Shown: one piece after another, positions 22,397 to 31,954 of the stretch
Layout of the letters: each line of letters begins with the position of its first letter
How positions within the stretch are numbered: the stretch's first letter is position 1
From: Vicinamibacterales bacterium
Lineage (GTDB): Bacteria > Acidobacteriota > Vicinamibacteria > Vicinamibacterales > 2-12-FULL-66-21
DNA length: 64,000 nucleotides
Assembly (NCBI GenBank): GCA_036496585.1
Contig: DASXLB010000029.1
Coordinates: forward strand, 1,535 to 65,534
Direction: 5' to 3'
The notes under the pieces: model-generated
Databases searched by the model: none
Told to the model about the DNA's origin: nothing
What the model saw: only the letters and a program-made list of their open reading frames with translations
Position numbers and translations under genes: made by a program

Positions 22397-23524
22397 CTAC
22401 CTAGTCAGTACCTCGCACCCACTCTCGGTCACCAGCACGTCGTCTTCGATGCGTACCCCGCCGACCCCGGGAACGTAGGCGCCGGGCTCGATCGTGAACA
22501 CCATCCCGGCCTCGACGCGCACATCCGGAAGCCGCGGAGACGGCTTGCCGATGCGCGGCTCCTCGTGCACCTCGAGGCCCAGACCGTGGCCCGTGCCATG
22601 GCCGAAGGCCTCTCCAAGACCGTGTCGTTCCAGCACGCCGCGCGCAGCGGCGTCGATCGCGCTCGCCGCGACCCCTGGCCGGACCGTCGCCAACGCGGCC
22701 TGCTGCGCCTCCGACACCGCCGCGTACAAGCCTCGCAGCGCCTCGGAAGGGGCGCCAAGCTGAACCGTACGCGTAAGATCCACGCAGTATCCTGCGTAGA
22801 CCCCCCCAAAGTCCAGCACCGTCGCGTCCCCAGTCTGGACCGTCCGCAGCGTCGGGCGGGCGTGCGGCAACGCGCTGTTGGGCCCGGACGCGACGATCGT
22901 CTCGAACGCCGGCCGGGAGAACCCGGCGGCGCGGAGCGCCTGCTCGATGTCTTCGGCGATCGCCCGTTCCGTGCGCCCCTCCAGGATCAGCGCGGTCAAC
23001 CCGGAAGCGACCCGCGACAGCCGCCGGCCGGCTTCGCGGAGCGCCGCGATCTCCTCCGCATCCTTGATCACTCGCGCCTGCTCGACCAGCCGCTCGGTCG
23101 GTACCAGCACCGGCGTTGGCGCATGCGATCGCAACGGCAGCGGCGCGCGGGACGCCAGGCCGGCCGAGATCGCATTGAAGCGGCCGACCGGCAGGTAGGC
23201 AGCCTCGATGCCGACCCGTGCGACGCGTTCGCGGCCCAACAGCTCGACGATCGCCTCGTCGTACGAGCGCTCGACCGTGCCGATGCTGAGCAGATCGCCG
23301 AGTGAGGCGACCAGCGCCGACGCGGCGGTCACGTAGCGGAAGTCGACCACGAGGAGACACCGGCGCTCCGGCAGCACGATGGCGGTGCCGGCGGTGCCGA
23401 CGAAGCCGGTCAGGTAGCGCAGATTGGGCAGGTGCGTGATCACCAGCGCGTCGAGCCCGGCCGCAGCCATGCTGCCGCGAACCCGGGCCAGCCGATCCGC
23501 GATGTGAGCTGGGTTCGGGGTCAC
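22397..23524 (-). CDS. pepP: Xaa-Pro aminopeptidase (M24B family)
   Basis: 375 aa. Metal-binding motifs 'DFGGVYAGYCVDLTRT', 'HGTGHGLGLEVHEEP' and 'TIEPGAYVPGVGGVRIED'. GTGA overlap with the upstream TPR gene. Confidence 0.85.
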   Translation of the reverse strand: MTPNPAHIADRLARVRGSMAAAGLDALVITHLPNLRYLTGFVGTAGTAIVLPERRCLLVVDFRYVTAASALVASLGDLLSIGTVERSYDEAIVELLGRERVARVGIEAAYLPVGRFNAISAGLASRAPLPLRSHAPTPVLVPTERLVEQARVIKDAEEIAALREAGRRLSRVASGLTALILEGRTERAIAEDIEQALRAAGFSRPAFETIVASGPNSALPHARPTLRTVQTGDATVLDFGGVYAGYCVDLTRTVQLGAPSEALRGLYAAVSEAQQAALATVRPGVAASAIDAAARGVLERHGLGEAFGHGTGHGLGLEVHEEPRIGKPSPRLPDVRVEAGMVFTIEPGAYVPGVGGVRIEDDVLVTESGCEVLTR

Positions 23525-24270
23525 GCGTGGCGCGCCGACTCGATCGCGCCAAGAAAGCGTTCGAGACGCACCAGCATGGCCGCGACGTAGGGATCGGGGC
23601 CGTCGGGCGCGACATCCCGGTCCGCGAAGACCGCCGCCTCGAGCGGGACCGATGGCGGATCGGCAGCCGCACGCGCGCCCGGCAGCGGCCCGGGCTCGGG
23701 CTCCTGCTCTGGGGCGGAGTCGGCCGCCGCCGGGTCGGTCCGGACAACGACGGGAGCCTCGAATGCGATGGTTGCGGCTTCGAACGCGATCGGCGGCGGC
23801 GCCGGCAGTTTGAGCGCGGCGGACAACATGTCGATCGGTTCGGCGGCAGGGGCCGGGGCCGGCACCGGCGGCGGCGCTTCGGCCTGCCGGGCCCGGCTTT
23901 CGGCGGCGAGCCGAATCGGCTCCTGCGCCAGCGCGTGGAGATCCGGATGCATCTCAGCCGATTGACCGAGCCGATCGTGGATTTGGGCGAGGCCGCGGAT
24001 CGCGGCCAGATTCTCGGGTGCCGAGCGAAGGACCGTCTCGAGCTCTTCGCGCGCGGCCTCGAGCGCGCCCATCTCGATGAGCGCGCGGCCAAGCGTGACG
24101 CGCGCCGAGAGGTAGGCGGGATGCCGCTGAAGCCCGGTGCGGCAGGTTTCGATCGCCTCGTCGAACCGGCCGGTGCGGCGATACTCCTCGGCGAGCGCCG
24201 CGAAGGCGATCGACGCCGGGTCCGCCTGGACCCGGCGTCGCAATTCCTCTATCCGAGGGTTCTCCGGCAC
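23521..24270 (-). CDS. TPR-repeat protein with a proline/alanine-rich C-terminal half (no signal peptide seen)
   Basis: 249 aa. The N-terminus has about three TPR-like repeats ('AFAALAEEYRRTGRFDEAIETCRTGLQRHPAYLSARVTLGRALIEMGALEAAREELETVL'). A low-complexity P/A-rich tail follows. Confidence 0.65.
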   Translation of the reverse strand: MPENPRIEELRRRVQADPASIAFAALAEEYRRTGRFDEAIETCRTGLQRHPAYLSARVTLGRALIEMGALEAAREELETVLRSAPENLAAIRGLAQIHDRLGQSAEMHPDLHALAQEPIRLAAESRARQAEAPPPVPAPAPAAEPIDMLSAALKLPAPPPIAFEAATIAFEAPVVVRTDPAAADSAPEQEPEPGPLPGARAAADPPSVPLEAAVFADRDVAPDGPDPYVAAMLVRLERFLGAIESARHA

Positions 24271-24294
24271 GAGTACGACTTTACCACCAGGCCG

Positions 24295-25584
24295 TCACGG
24301 ATTGATCGTGATGGCCTTGGTGATGCTGCCTGTCTTACCGGCGCTGTCGGTGACCGTTAGCAGGACGTTGTAGGTCGTCGCCACGCCGCCCACGACCGGG
24401 AACGAGTGGTTGACGACCTGGCCCGTGCCCGAGCCTCCGTCGCCGAACGACCACGAGTAGGACACGATCGTGCGTCCACCGAACGGCTGCGACGGCGAGC
24501 CGTCGAAGGTGACATTCTGGCCGGCGCGCGGGGCCGACGGGTTGAAGGTGAAGTCGGGCGCCGGGTTGCCGTTCGTCACGGTGATCGCCTGCGACGTCAG
24601 GTCCGACTTGCGGCCGGCATCGTCGGTCGTCTTGAGGGTCACGGTATAGCTGCCGGCCAGCGGGTACGAGTGGGTCACGAGCGGACCGTCGGCGAGCGTG
24701 CCGTCGCCGAAATTCCACGCCCACGACGTGATGGTGTGGCCCGGCTCGGCCTGCGAGCCCGACGCGTTGAAGTTGATCTGTTGATCGATGATCGGGGACG
24801 ACGGCGAAGTCACGAACGTGGCCGTCGGGATCTGTCCCTGGCCGATCGTCAGCGAGTGCGTCACGTTCTGGGTGCGGCCGAGACTGTCCGTGATCGTCAG
24901 CGACACGGGGAACGAGCCAGACTTGGTGTAGGTGTGGGTGACGTTGCGGCCGCTTCCGCTGCCGCCGTCGCCGAACGTCCACTGGTACGACGACACCTGC
25001 GCGGTGGCGTCCGCACCTGAGGCATCGACGACCGTCGCCTGGAACTGCGTCGGGTTGCCCACCGTCACGGTCGGCACGACGAAGTCGGGCTTCAGGGTAC
25101 TCGGCGGCGCGCCGACGGCGCCGGGCGGCATCAGGCGGATCGAGGCCTGCACCGGATTGTTGTTGGCGAAGTCGGTGCTGAGCGGCGCGATGCTGATTGC
25201 CACGATCGTGCCGCTGTCCTGGTTGAGGACCGGTGCCGGTGGCGCCGTGTAGGTGACCGTGGCGCGGCCGGCCGCGTCGGTCACCAGGTTGCGCGCCGAC
25301 AAGGAGCCGAAGTCGGTGACGGCGCCGCCGACGCTGATCTGCGCGCGAAGCGGCAGGCTGGCGTACGGCTGCCCGTTCGGCCCGAAGGCGCTGATCAGTA
25401 CCAGCGATTGCGATTGCCCGTCCTGCGTGAGAATGTCGGGCGTCACCGTCACCTGGAGTGACGTGCCGTTGCCCGAGGGACCGCTCAACGCCGGCGCCGC
25501 CTGCTGATCGTGCACCGTGCAGGAGGACAGCGCGGTGAGCGCGCAGACGAACGGAAGAATGCGAAGTGATCGTGCCATAGCCAT
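24295..25584 (-). CDS. Lipoprotein with an Ig-like N-terminal region and three PKD domains
   Basis: Start at ATG 25584 (or 25578) gives 'MAMARSLRILPFVCALTALSSC' with a lipobox. There are three PKD signatures: 'WTFGDGGSGSGRNVTHTYTKSGSFPVSLTITD', 'WNFGDGTLADGPLVTHSYPLAGSYTVTLKTTD' and 'WSFGDGGSGTGQVVNHSF...YNVLLTVTD'. Confidence 0.75.
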   Translation of the reverse strand: MAMARSLRILPFVCALTALSSCTVHDQQAAPALSGPSGNGTSLQVTVTPDILTQDGQSQSLVLISAFGPNGQPYASLPLRAQISVGGAVTDFGSLSARNLVTDAAGRATVTYTAPPAPVLNQDSGTIVAISIAPLSTDFANNNPVQASIRLMPPGAVGAPPSTLKPDFVVPTVTVGNPTQFQATVVDASGADATAQVSSYQWTFGDGGSGSGRNVTHTYTKSGSFPVSLTITDSLGRTQNVTHSLTIGQGQIPTATFVTSPSSPIIDQQINFNASGSQAEPGHTITSWAWNFGDGTLADGPLVTHSYPLAGSYTVTLKTTDDAGRKSDLTSQAITVTNGNPAPDFTFNPSAPRAGQNVTFDGSPSQPFGGRTIVSYSWSFGDGGSGTGQVVNHSFPVVGGVATTYNVLLTVTDSAGKTGSITKAITINP

Positions 25585-25591
25585 ATCCGCC

Positions 25592-26239
25592 CTAGTCGCC
25601 CCAGTTGCCAAAATCGACGTTGATGCGGCCGACGACCGTGACGGCATTGCCGTTCTGGTCGCGCCCGTAGAGGGTCACTTCGGCGACCGTCGAGATCACC
25701 TGACCGTTGCCGCCCGCCAGCGCCGCGAGCGGCGCCTCCTGCTTGGCCTGAACGCGCACCAGCGTGAAGCCGACGCTGCCGGTGTTGGTGCCGGCCGGGC
25801 TGCCGATGGTCGCGCCGAGGCCGCCGTCGAATTCATACGGGACATCGACGCCCTGCACGTTGTGACCGTCGGAGCGGATGTACTTGACGTGATACTGCGT
25901 CATCGTCACCGCGTTGGCTGCTGACGGCGTCGCGAGCACGTCCTTCATCTGCAGTTCGAGCGAGGCCTGGCCGTTGTCGGCGAAGACCGTCGACACGCCG
26001 TTGACCATCGTGACCACGTCCGACGCCAGGTTGCCGCTGAACGTGCCGGAGTTCGCGCCGCCGCCCTTGGCACCCTGCAGGCTGGTCAACACCAGGTAGG
26101 CCGGCGAGTTGCCGGTGCGCACCGCGTCGCTGCACGAGGTCGCCGCGAGCGCGGCGATCACGACGCCGAGCAACCGGATCCGTCCGCCCCAGACAGCCTT
26201 GCCGCGGCCCGCGGCCTTCGTGTGTTCGAGATTCGACAT
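25592..26239 (-). CDS. Hypothetical lipoprotein immediately downstream of pilQ
   Basis: 215 aa. The lipobox-like signal is 'LLGVVIAALAATSCSD'. The rest looks beta-rich. No family was recognised. ATG lies 4 nt after the pilQ stop. Confidence 0.6.
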   Translation of the reverse strand: MSNLEHTKAAGRGKAVWGGRIRLLGVVIAALAATSCSDAVRTGNSPAYLVLTSLQGAKGGGANSGTFSGNLASDVVTMVNGVSTVFADNGQASLELQMKDVLATPSAANAVTMTQYHVKYIRSDGHNVQGVDVPYEFDGGLGATIGSPAGTNTGSVGFTLVRVQAKQEAPLAALAGGNGQVISTVAEVTLYGRDQNGNAVTVVGRINVDFGNWGD

Positions 26240-26243
26240 GCAA

Positions 26244-28712
26244 CTACCCTCGGAGGATGCGCGGCGTGATGAAGATCAACAGCTCGCGGCTCGAATCGGT
26301 GACCGAGTTGCGCTGGAACAGCCATTTCAGGATCGGAACGCGATAGAGGTACGGCGTGCGGTCGTTCGAGTCCGTCTCGGTGCTGACGAAGATGCCGCCG
26401 ATCACGGTCGTGGCGCCGTCGTTCACCTGTACGGTCGTCGTCGCACGCTGTGTGTCGATCGGCGGAATGCCGTTGACCTGCCGGCTGAAGTCGGGGGTCT
26501 CGTTGGTCAGCGCGACGTTCATGATCACGGTATTGGCGGCGGTGATCTGCGGCGTCACGCTCAGCTTCAGCGTCGCGTCGCGGAAGCTGACCGCCACAGT
26601 GTTGTTGGCGACGGTCTGAATCGGGATCTGGACGCCCTGCGCGACCTCGGCCTGCTGGTTGTTCTGTGTCGTCAGCCGCGGCGTCGAGAGGATGCGCCCC
26701 TTGCCGGTGTTCTCGAGCGCGGTCAGGGCCACGTCGAGGTTGAACGCGCCGTTGATCGATCCGAGAGCCAGCCCGATCGCGGAGGTCGGCGCCGCCGCCG
26801 GCAGGTTGACCGCCGTCGCCGTGTCTGAGGTCGGCGTCGTCGACGGACGCGGATCGGTCGGCCCCTGGGTCCCGCCGACGCGGCCGCCGACCGATCCGTT
26901 GTTCGGGAAAGCCAGCCCGGTCGTGTTGCCGATCTGCGCGTTGGCGCGGCCGTTGAAGCCCCACTGGATGCCGAGCGCGCGCGCGAAGTCACGCGAGGTC
27001 TGCACGATGCGCGCTTCCACTTCGACCTGCGGCTGCGGTTTGTCGAGCGTGCCGATGAGCGACTGCGCGGTCTGCAGGTGATCGGGCAGATCCATCAGGA
27101 TGAGCGTGTTCGTCCGGGTGTCGGTCTGGATCTGGCCGCGCGCCGACATCGCCGATTTCAGGATCACCGGGCCGAGATCGTTCGCCTTGGCGTAGCTCAG
27201 GTTGAAGGTGCGAACCTGCAGCTCGCCGGCGAGCGCCTGCTGGGCCTGGTAATCCGCCTGCTCCTTCTTCTCTGCGCTGAGCACCGCGATCGGCGCGATC
27301 CGCATGATGTTGCCGTCGACGGTGTAGCTCAACTTGTTGGAGCGGAGGATCTGCTCGAGCGCCTGGTCCCACGGCACGTCGGTGAGCACGACGTTGACAC
27401 GCCCCTGCACCGCCGGGTCGATGATCATGTTGAGGCCGCTGATCTGCGAGAAGAGCCGCAGCACGACGCGCAGGTCGGAATCCTCGAAGTCGAAACTGAC
27501 CGGCGGACCGGTGTACTGCTTCGGCGCGGTGCCGGGCACCTCCTGGGTCAGGGTCGGCTGCGCCCCCGGCGCCGGGGTCTGCGGGGCCTGCGTCTGCGGC
27601 GCCTGCGTCGTGGTCACGGGCGGCGGGAGCTGACGACCGGGAGACGACGATGCCGGCGCCGCCACCGCCGCAGGTGATCGCGGCTGCGGACGCGCCGCCG
27701 GGACGACCGGGACGGCGCCGTCGATTCGTTTGCCGGAATCCGCCGGGGCCGCCACCAGTGCGTCCACCGGATCCTGTGGCACGAGCGGCGCCGCGTTCGC
27801 CATCGCCTGCGCCATCGTCAGCACGTCGCCGTCGTTCTTTTCCGTTCTCTCCGCCGCGCTCGATCCGACCGGCGGCGCGACCATGATCGCTCCGCCGGCC
27901 TTCGGGCCTTCGAACACGACCGCGAGATCGCGCCCGTCGGCGCCCGTGCGCTCGACGTGATACGTGGCGGTCGGCGAAATCTCCATGACGACCCGCGTCA
28001 GCAGCGGATCCCGGCTGTTCAGCGCGACCCGCACCTGCTTGACGAAAGCGCCGTCGACGCTCGTCTTGCTGATCGAGCCGGGGGACACGTTCGGGAAATC
28101 GAGGACCAGCCGGCGCGGCGCCTCGTCCGACTCGGTCAGCGACGACGGCACGAGACGCCCGTTGCCGGAGAGCGTGACGGTGGTCGACGTGCGGGTATGG
28201 CTGGCATGGACCTTCTGAATCGTCGTGGCGGTCGCGACGGTCGTATCGTCGGAACCAGCGGCGTGGCGGACGTCCGTCGGCGTTCCGCCTTCACGCGCGG
28301 CGGCGGCGTGCGGCGCCTCGGGCTCGAGGTCCAGGCGGATCACGTTACGCGCGCTCCGCACCGTATAGGCGGCCGGCGAGGCCAGCGCGACGCGCACGCG
28401 GGCGAGGTCCTGTCCGTCGACAGCGGTTGCCTGCTCGAGGGTGACCCCGGCCAGCGGTCCGATGCGGGCGACCTGGGCGGCCGCGTCGGCGACGCGCACG
28501 TTTCGCAGATCGACGAGCACCGTCATCGGATCGGGGCGGCTCACCGCGTACGCGACCGGTTCGGTCGCCTCGATCAGCACCGCGGCCGTGCGGCCGGTCC
28601 CCTGCGACGACACACCGAGGAGGCGGACGCCGGGCGATGCCGCCGCGGCCGTCAGGCCTCCGCACAGCGCCGCCGCCAGCGTCGCAGCGGCGAGCTTCTT
28701 GATCAGTGTCAT
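26244..28712 (-). CDS. pilQ: Type IV pilus secretin PilQ (AMIN domains plus secretin core)
   Basis: The N-terminal AMIN-like repeats include 'AAVLIEATEPVAYAVSRPDPMTVLVDLRNV' and 'LVLDFPNV'. The secretin C-terminus is 'GGIFVSTETDSNDRTPYLYRVPILKWLFQRNSV...LLIFITPRIL'. ATG 28712 is preceded by GGAG. An alternative GTG at 28733 overlaps the pilP stop. Confidence 0.9.
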   Translation of the reverse strand: MTLIKKLAAATLAAALCGGLTAAAASPGVRLLGVSSQGTGRTAAVLIEATEPVAYAVSRPDPMTVLVDLRNVRVADAAAQVARIGPLAGVTLEQATAVDGQDLARVRVALASPAAYTVRSARNVIRLDLEPEAPHAAAAREGGTPTDVRHAAGSDDTTVATATTIQKVHASHTRTSTTVTLSGNGRLVPSSLTESDEAPRRLVLDFPNVSPGSISKTSVDGAFVKQVRVALNSRDPLLTRVVMEISPTATYHVERTGADGRDLAVVFEGPKAGGAIMVAPPVGSSAAERTEKNDGDVLTMAQAMANAAPLVPQDPVDALVAAPADSGKRIDGAVPVVPAARPQPRSPAAVAAPASSSPGRQLPPPVTTTQAPQTQAPQTPAPGAQPTLTQEVPGTAPKQYTGPPVSFDFEDSDLRVVLRLFSQISGLNMIIDPAVQGRVNVVLTDVPWDQALEQILRSNKLSYTVDGNIMRIAPIAVLSAEKKEQADYQAQQALAGELQVRTFNLSYAKANDLGPVILKSAMSARGQIQTDTRTNTLILMDLPDHLQTAQSLIGTLDKPQPQVEVEARIVQTSRDFARALGIQWGFNGRANAQIGNTTGLAFPNNGSVGGRVGGTQGPTDPRPSTTPTSDTATAVNLPAAAPTSAIGLALGSINGAFNLDVALTALENTGKGRILSTPRLTTQNNQQAEVAQGVQIPIQTVANNTVAVSFRDATLKLSVTPQITAANTVIMNVALTNETPDFSRQVNGIPPIDTQRATTTVQVNDGATTVIGGIFVSTETDSNDRTPYLYRVPILKWLFQRNSVTDSSRELLIFITPRILRG

Positions 28713-28729
28713 CTTTGTCTCCGCGCCCT

Positions 28730-29377
28730 TCACCGTGCCTCCGCCCGGATGGCTTTCCGCACTTCGCGCTGCTTCACCAGCGACAGCGGATCGTTGACGT
28801 CCTGGGTGAACACCACCTCGACGGCGGTGACGGCCTTGATCGCGCCGTCGAGCACCTTCTCGCCGGCGTGCCCGATGTAGGACTTGCTGTCGGGTGCCTG
28901 CAGCAGCGCCACGAACTCCCCTTTCGGCGTCTTCATCACGCCCTTCAATGTCAGCTCGTTGATCATGAGCCCCGGCAGGCCCTGCGGCCGCGCGCCAGTC
29001 GCTACCCCGTCGTTGCCACGGCCGAGCAGCGACACGAACGGATCGCGGCGTCCCGCCGGATCGTAGGTGTAGCCGGAGGCGGAGCCCGGTTGCGCGCCTG
29101 ACCTAACTGGCGGGGCCGGGGCGGCCGGCGGTGCCGGCGGGACCTGTTCCGCAGGCTTCTGCCCTGACGGGGTCAGCGCTTCCGCGTTCTTCTGCTGGGC
29201 CGCTTCAGTCTTGGCTCTCGCGTCCTTCGCGGCGTTGATGGCGGCCGCGGCATTGGGGATCTGCGCCGCCACGACGGACGACCACGCGAACGCCGCGAGC
29301 GCTGCCGCGACAACACCGAGGCTCCCCTGCCAGATTCCCATTCTGTTGGCGCGATTCATCGTCAGTCTCATCGCCAT
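28730..29377 (-). CDS. pilP: Type IV pilus assembly protein PilP
   Basis: 215 aa from ATG 29377, a TGATG 1-nt overlap with the pilO stop. Motifs: 'RRDPFVSL' and 'LTLKGVMKTPKGEFVALLQAPDSKSYIGHAGEKVLDGAIKAVTAVEVVF'. The longer track ORF (to 30013) is out of frame with pilO. Confidence 0.75.
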   Translation of the reverse strand: MAMRLTMNRANRMGIWQGSLGVVAAALAAFAWSSVVAAQIPNAAAAINAAKDARAKTEAAQQKNAEALTPSGQKPAEQVPPAPPAAPAPPVRSGAQPGSASGYTYDPAGRRDPFVSLLGRGNDGVATGARPQGLPGLMINELTLKGVMKTPKGEFVALLQAPDSKSYIGHAGEKVLDGAIKAVTAVEVVFTQDVNDPLSLVKQREVRKAIRAEAR

Positions 29378-29976
29378 CACCTCGCCGGCGGCGGGCCGCC
29401 GCGGCCGCCACGGCCGGCGCTCTCCTGGAGGACGAACGTGGTGGCGGTGAGTGTCGCGGTGATCGTGGAGTTGCTCGCCTGCACGGGCTTGGCGGAGATC
29501 GAGATGTCGCCGACGTTGATGATGCGCTGGAACTTGGCGACCCGATCGAAGAAGAGCGCGAGGTTGTGGAACGAGCCGTCGGCGATCAGCTGGTACGGCA
29601 CCTCGAGGTAGAGCGGCTGCTGCTTCGTCGGCGCGGGGGTGAAGCGCAGCAGGGTCAGGTTCGACTGCGTCGCCAGCGCCTGGATGCGGCGCAGCGTGTC
29701 GGCGACGTCCTTCTGCTCGGGCAGCACGTTCTTCAGGGCATCGAGGCGCCGCTCGAGATCGGTCACCTGGCTCTGGAATTCGCCGAGCCGGCGCGCCGTC
29801 GCGACGCCCTTGTTGATGTCGGCGCGCAGATTGGTGAGGCGGCTGTGCTTCATCGCGATTTCGGCGCTGACCTCGGTCACGTAGTAGGTGTAGAAGCCGT
29901 AGACCGACAGCACGGCCATCACGACGAAGGCCCCGATCTGGGCGTACCACGGCAGCTTGCTGAGCGAGATATCCAT
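29377..29976 (-). CDS. pilO: Type IV pilus assembly protein PilO
   Basis: 199 aa with one N-terminal TM and a coiled-coil segment. The C-terminal region 'VPYQLIADGSFHNLALFFDRVAKFQRIINVGDISI' is typical of PilO. Confidence 0.85.
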   Translation of the reverse strand: MDISLSKLPWYAQIGAFVVMAVLSVYGFYTYYVTEVSAEIAMKHSRLTNLRADINKGVATARRLGEFQSQVTDLERRLDALKNVLPEQKDVADTLRRIQALATQSNLTLLRFTPAPTKQQPLYLEVPYQLIADGSFHNLALFFDRVAKFQRIINVGDISISAKPVQASNSTITATLTATTFVLQESAGRGGRGGPPPAR

Positions 29977-30014
29977 CTAGAAGCGTTCCCTGTTCACTTC
30001 CGACAACGGCCAAC

Positions 30015-30644
30015 TCATTTCGCCGGCGCGGCTCCGCGCGCGACCGGCGCCGGCGCCGGCGGTGCGTCCGGGTTGTCCGACGTCGCCCGCACCGTGAAGC
30101 GCACCAGATCGCCGCCCGGCGTCGGCTCCACGGTGCTGTCCACGATCTCGACCGGGCGCTTGAACCATCGGCTGGCTTCGAGATTGGCGACGAAATCCGA
30201 GAGCGCGGTCAGCGACGTCGTCTGGCCGGCGATCGAGAACTCGGCGCCGTGCTGCTGCATCGCGATCAGCCAGAGCCGATCGGGCAGCGCCTTGCTGACC
30301 TCGTCGAGGAGGTGCACCGGTCCCTGCTGGCCGTGGCGGAGCTGCTCGATGAGCGTGACGCGCTGCTGCAGCTGCGCCTTGCGCGTCTCGAACTTCTGCA
30401 CCGACGAGAGGACGGTGCGGAGCTGGTTGGCTTCCACCTCGGCGCGGGCGATGTCGGTGTCGAGCCGCAGGTTCTCCTGGCGCAGCGCCCAGAACCACCA
30501 GCCGACGCCGACGACCGTCGAGAGCAGGATCAGCGCCGCGCCGATCGTCACGCGCTGCGCCGCGGTGACGATGCTGCCGCCGGCCGCGACCTTCTTCTTC
30601 GCCGGGGCGCCGCGCTCGCTGGCCAGCAGGTTGATGCGGATCAT
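30015..30644 (-). CDS. pilN: Type IV pilus assembly protein PilN
   Basis: 'MIRINLL' N-terminus, a single TM, a coiled coil and 'QGPVHLLDEVSKALPDRLWL'. ATGA overlap with the pilM stop. Confidence 0.85.
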   Translation of the reverse strand: MIRINLLASERGAPAKKKVAAGGSIVTAAQRVTIGAALILLSTVVGVGWWFWALRQENLRLDTDIARAEVEANQLRTVLSSVQKFETRKAQLQQRVTLIEQLRHGQQGPVHLLDEVSKALPDRLWLIAMQQHGAEFSIAGQTTSLTALSDFVANLEASRWFKRPVEIVDSTVEPTPGGDLVRFTVRATSDNPDAPPAPAPVARGAAPAK

Positions 30645-31699
30645 CGGTCACCCACCCGGCGGAGCGCCAGCCCCACCGCGACCGCCACCGTCGGCGCGAT
30701 CTCCGACGGATCGATCTTGAACTTCTTGGCGTCGAACGCCACCTTCCTGAACGGATCGAACGTTTCGACCGGCGCCTCGAACCGCTCGGTGAGCATCTCG
30801 GTGAAGCTCTCGGCGCGCGACGCGCCGCCGCTCAGCACGATGCGGTCGATCTTTTCCGACGCCGCGGTCGCCTTGAAAAAATCGAAGGTCTTCTGGATTT
30901 CCAGCATGACGTTCTCGGTCACGGCGCGCAGCACGGGCCGGGCATCGTCGTAGCTGACGCCGTCGGCCGGCTGGCCGCGCTTGAGCGCGTCGGCGGTGTC
31001 GAACGGCAGGCTCAGTTCGCGCTGCAGCGCCTCGGTGTAGGCGTTGCCGCCGATCGAGATGTCGCGGGTGAAGACCGACTGGTCGCCGTGCAGGATGTTG
31101 ATGTTGGTGGCGCTGGCGCCGGCGTTGAGGAGCACGATGACCGCGTTCCCCTCGATCCCGTAGTTGACCTCGTAGGCGTTCTGCAGGGCGAAGGCGTCGA
31201 CGTCGACGACCACCGCGCTGCGCCCCGCCTGCGCGATGACGCCGGTGTAGTCGGCGATCTTCTCCTTCTTGGCGGCCACCAGCAGCACATCCATCGTGCC
31301 CTTGCCGGCGGCGGCGTCGCCCTTGTCGAGAATCTGGTAGTCGAGGTTGACGTCCTGGATGTCGAACGGGATGTACTGCTCCGCCTCCCAGTAAATCGAT
31401 TCCGAGAGCTCCGCTTCCGACATGACCGGCAGCGAGATCTTCTTGACGATGACGGCGTTGCCGGAGAGCGAGGCGGCAACGTCGCGGGTCTTGATCCCGC
31501 GCCCGTCGAACAGCCGGCGGATCGAGTCGGCGACGGCGGTCGCGTCAATGATGGCTCCGTCGACAATGCTGTCGGGCGGCAGCGGCTCGGTGCCGAAGCC
31601 GGTGACGCGGTACGACTTGCCGACCGCCTTCAGTTCGACGGCCTTGACGGCCGCCGATCCGATGTCGAGCCCGACAAGCGCCTTCGCTCTACGAAACAC
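30641..31699 (-). CDS. pilM: Type IV pilus assembly ATPase-fold protein PilM
   Basis: 352 aa with an actin-like fold. Motifs 'LVGLDIGSAAVKAVEL', 'VVVDVDAFAL' and 'IVLSGGASR'. Confidence 0.9.
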   Translation of the reverse strand: MFRRAKALVGLDIGSAAVKAVELKAVGKSYRVTGFGTEPLPPDSIVDGAIIDATAVADSIRRLFDGRGIKTRDVAASLSGNAVIVKKISLPVMSEAELSESIYWEAEQYIPFDIQDVNLDYQILDKGDAAAGKGTMDVLLVAAKKEKIADYTGVIAQAGRSAVVVDVDAFALQNAYEVNYGIEGNAVIVLLNAGASATNINILHGDQSVFTRDISIGGNAYTEALQRELSLPFDTADALKRGQPADGVSYDDARPVLRAVTENVMLEIQKTFDFFKATAASEKIDRIVLSGGASRAESFTEMLTERFEAPVETFDPFRKVAFDAKKFKIDPSEIAPTVAVAVGLALRRVGDR

Positions 31700-31885
31700 A
31701 GTTCACCCCAGAGTCCATCGCGTGGTTTATCGGCTGGTCGAGGTTGCGAGATAGGGGAGGGCAAGCGAGGTGCCACTGCCGGTCCACGTTCAATTCCGGT
31801 AGATTCACGCAGATCTGGTATCGACGGCGGCGTGGCGGCCGTGGCACGGTTACGTCTTTGTCGGGTCGGTCACAATTGTGTAATC

Positions 31886-31914
31886 TTGACAACATGCCTA
31901 ATTGGCGGTATCCT
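31886..31914 (+). promoter_or_regulatory. Candidate sigma70-type promoter for the rplM operon (TTGACA-N17-TATCCT)
   Basis: TTGACA is at 31886-31891, a 17-nt spacer follows, and TATCCT is at 31909-31914. The site is about 40 nt upstream of the rplM ATG, in a lower-GC divergent intergenic region shared with pilM. Confidence 0.45.
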
Positions 31915-31954
31915 CTTGGTTTGCCGTCCTTTGAAAGGTAGAGAGAGGGATTCC

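Noticed and set aside
22401-24092. 563-aa minus-strand ORF spanning pepP and the TPR gene in another frame
   Set aside because: It overlaps the motif-supported pepP (M24 metal ligands) and TPR frames. Its translation is Arg/Pro/Ser-rich with no motifs.
29378-30013. Upstream extension of the pilP ORF (427-aa version)
   Set aside because: It is out of frame over the well-supported pilO gene. ATG 29377 gives a normal-sized PilP with a 1-nt stop/start overlap.
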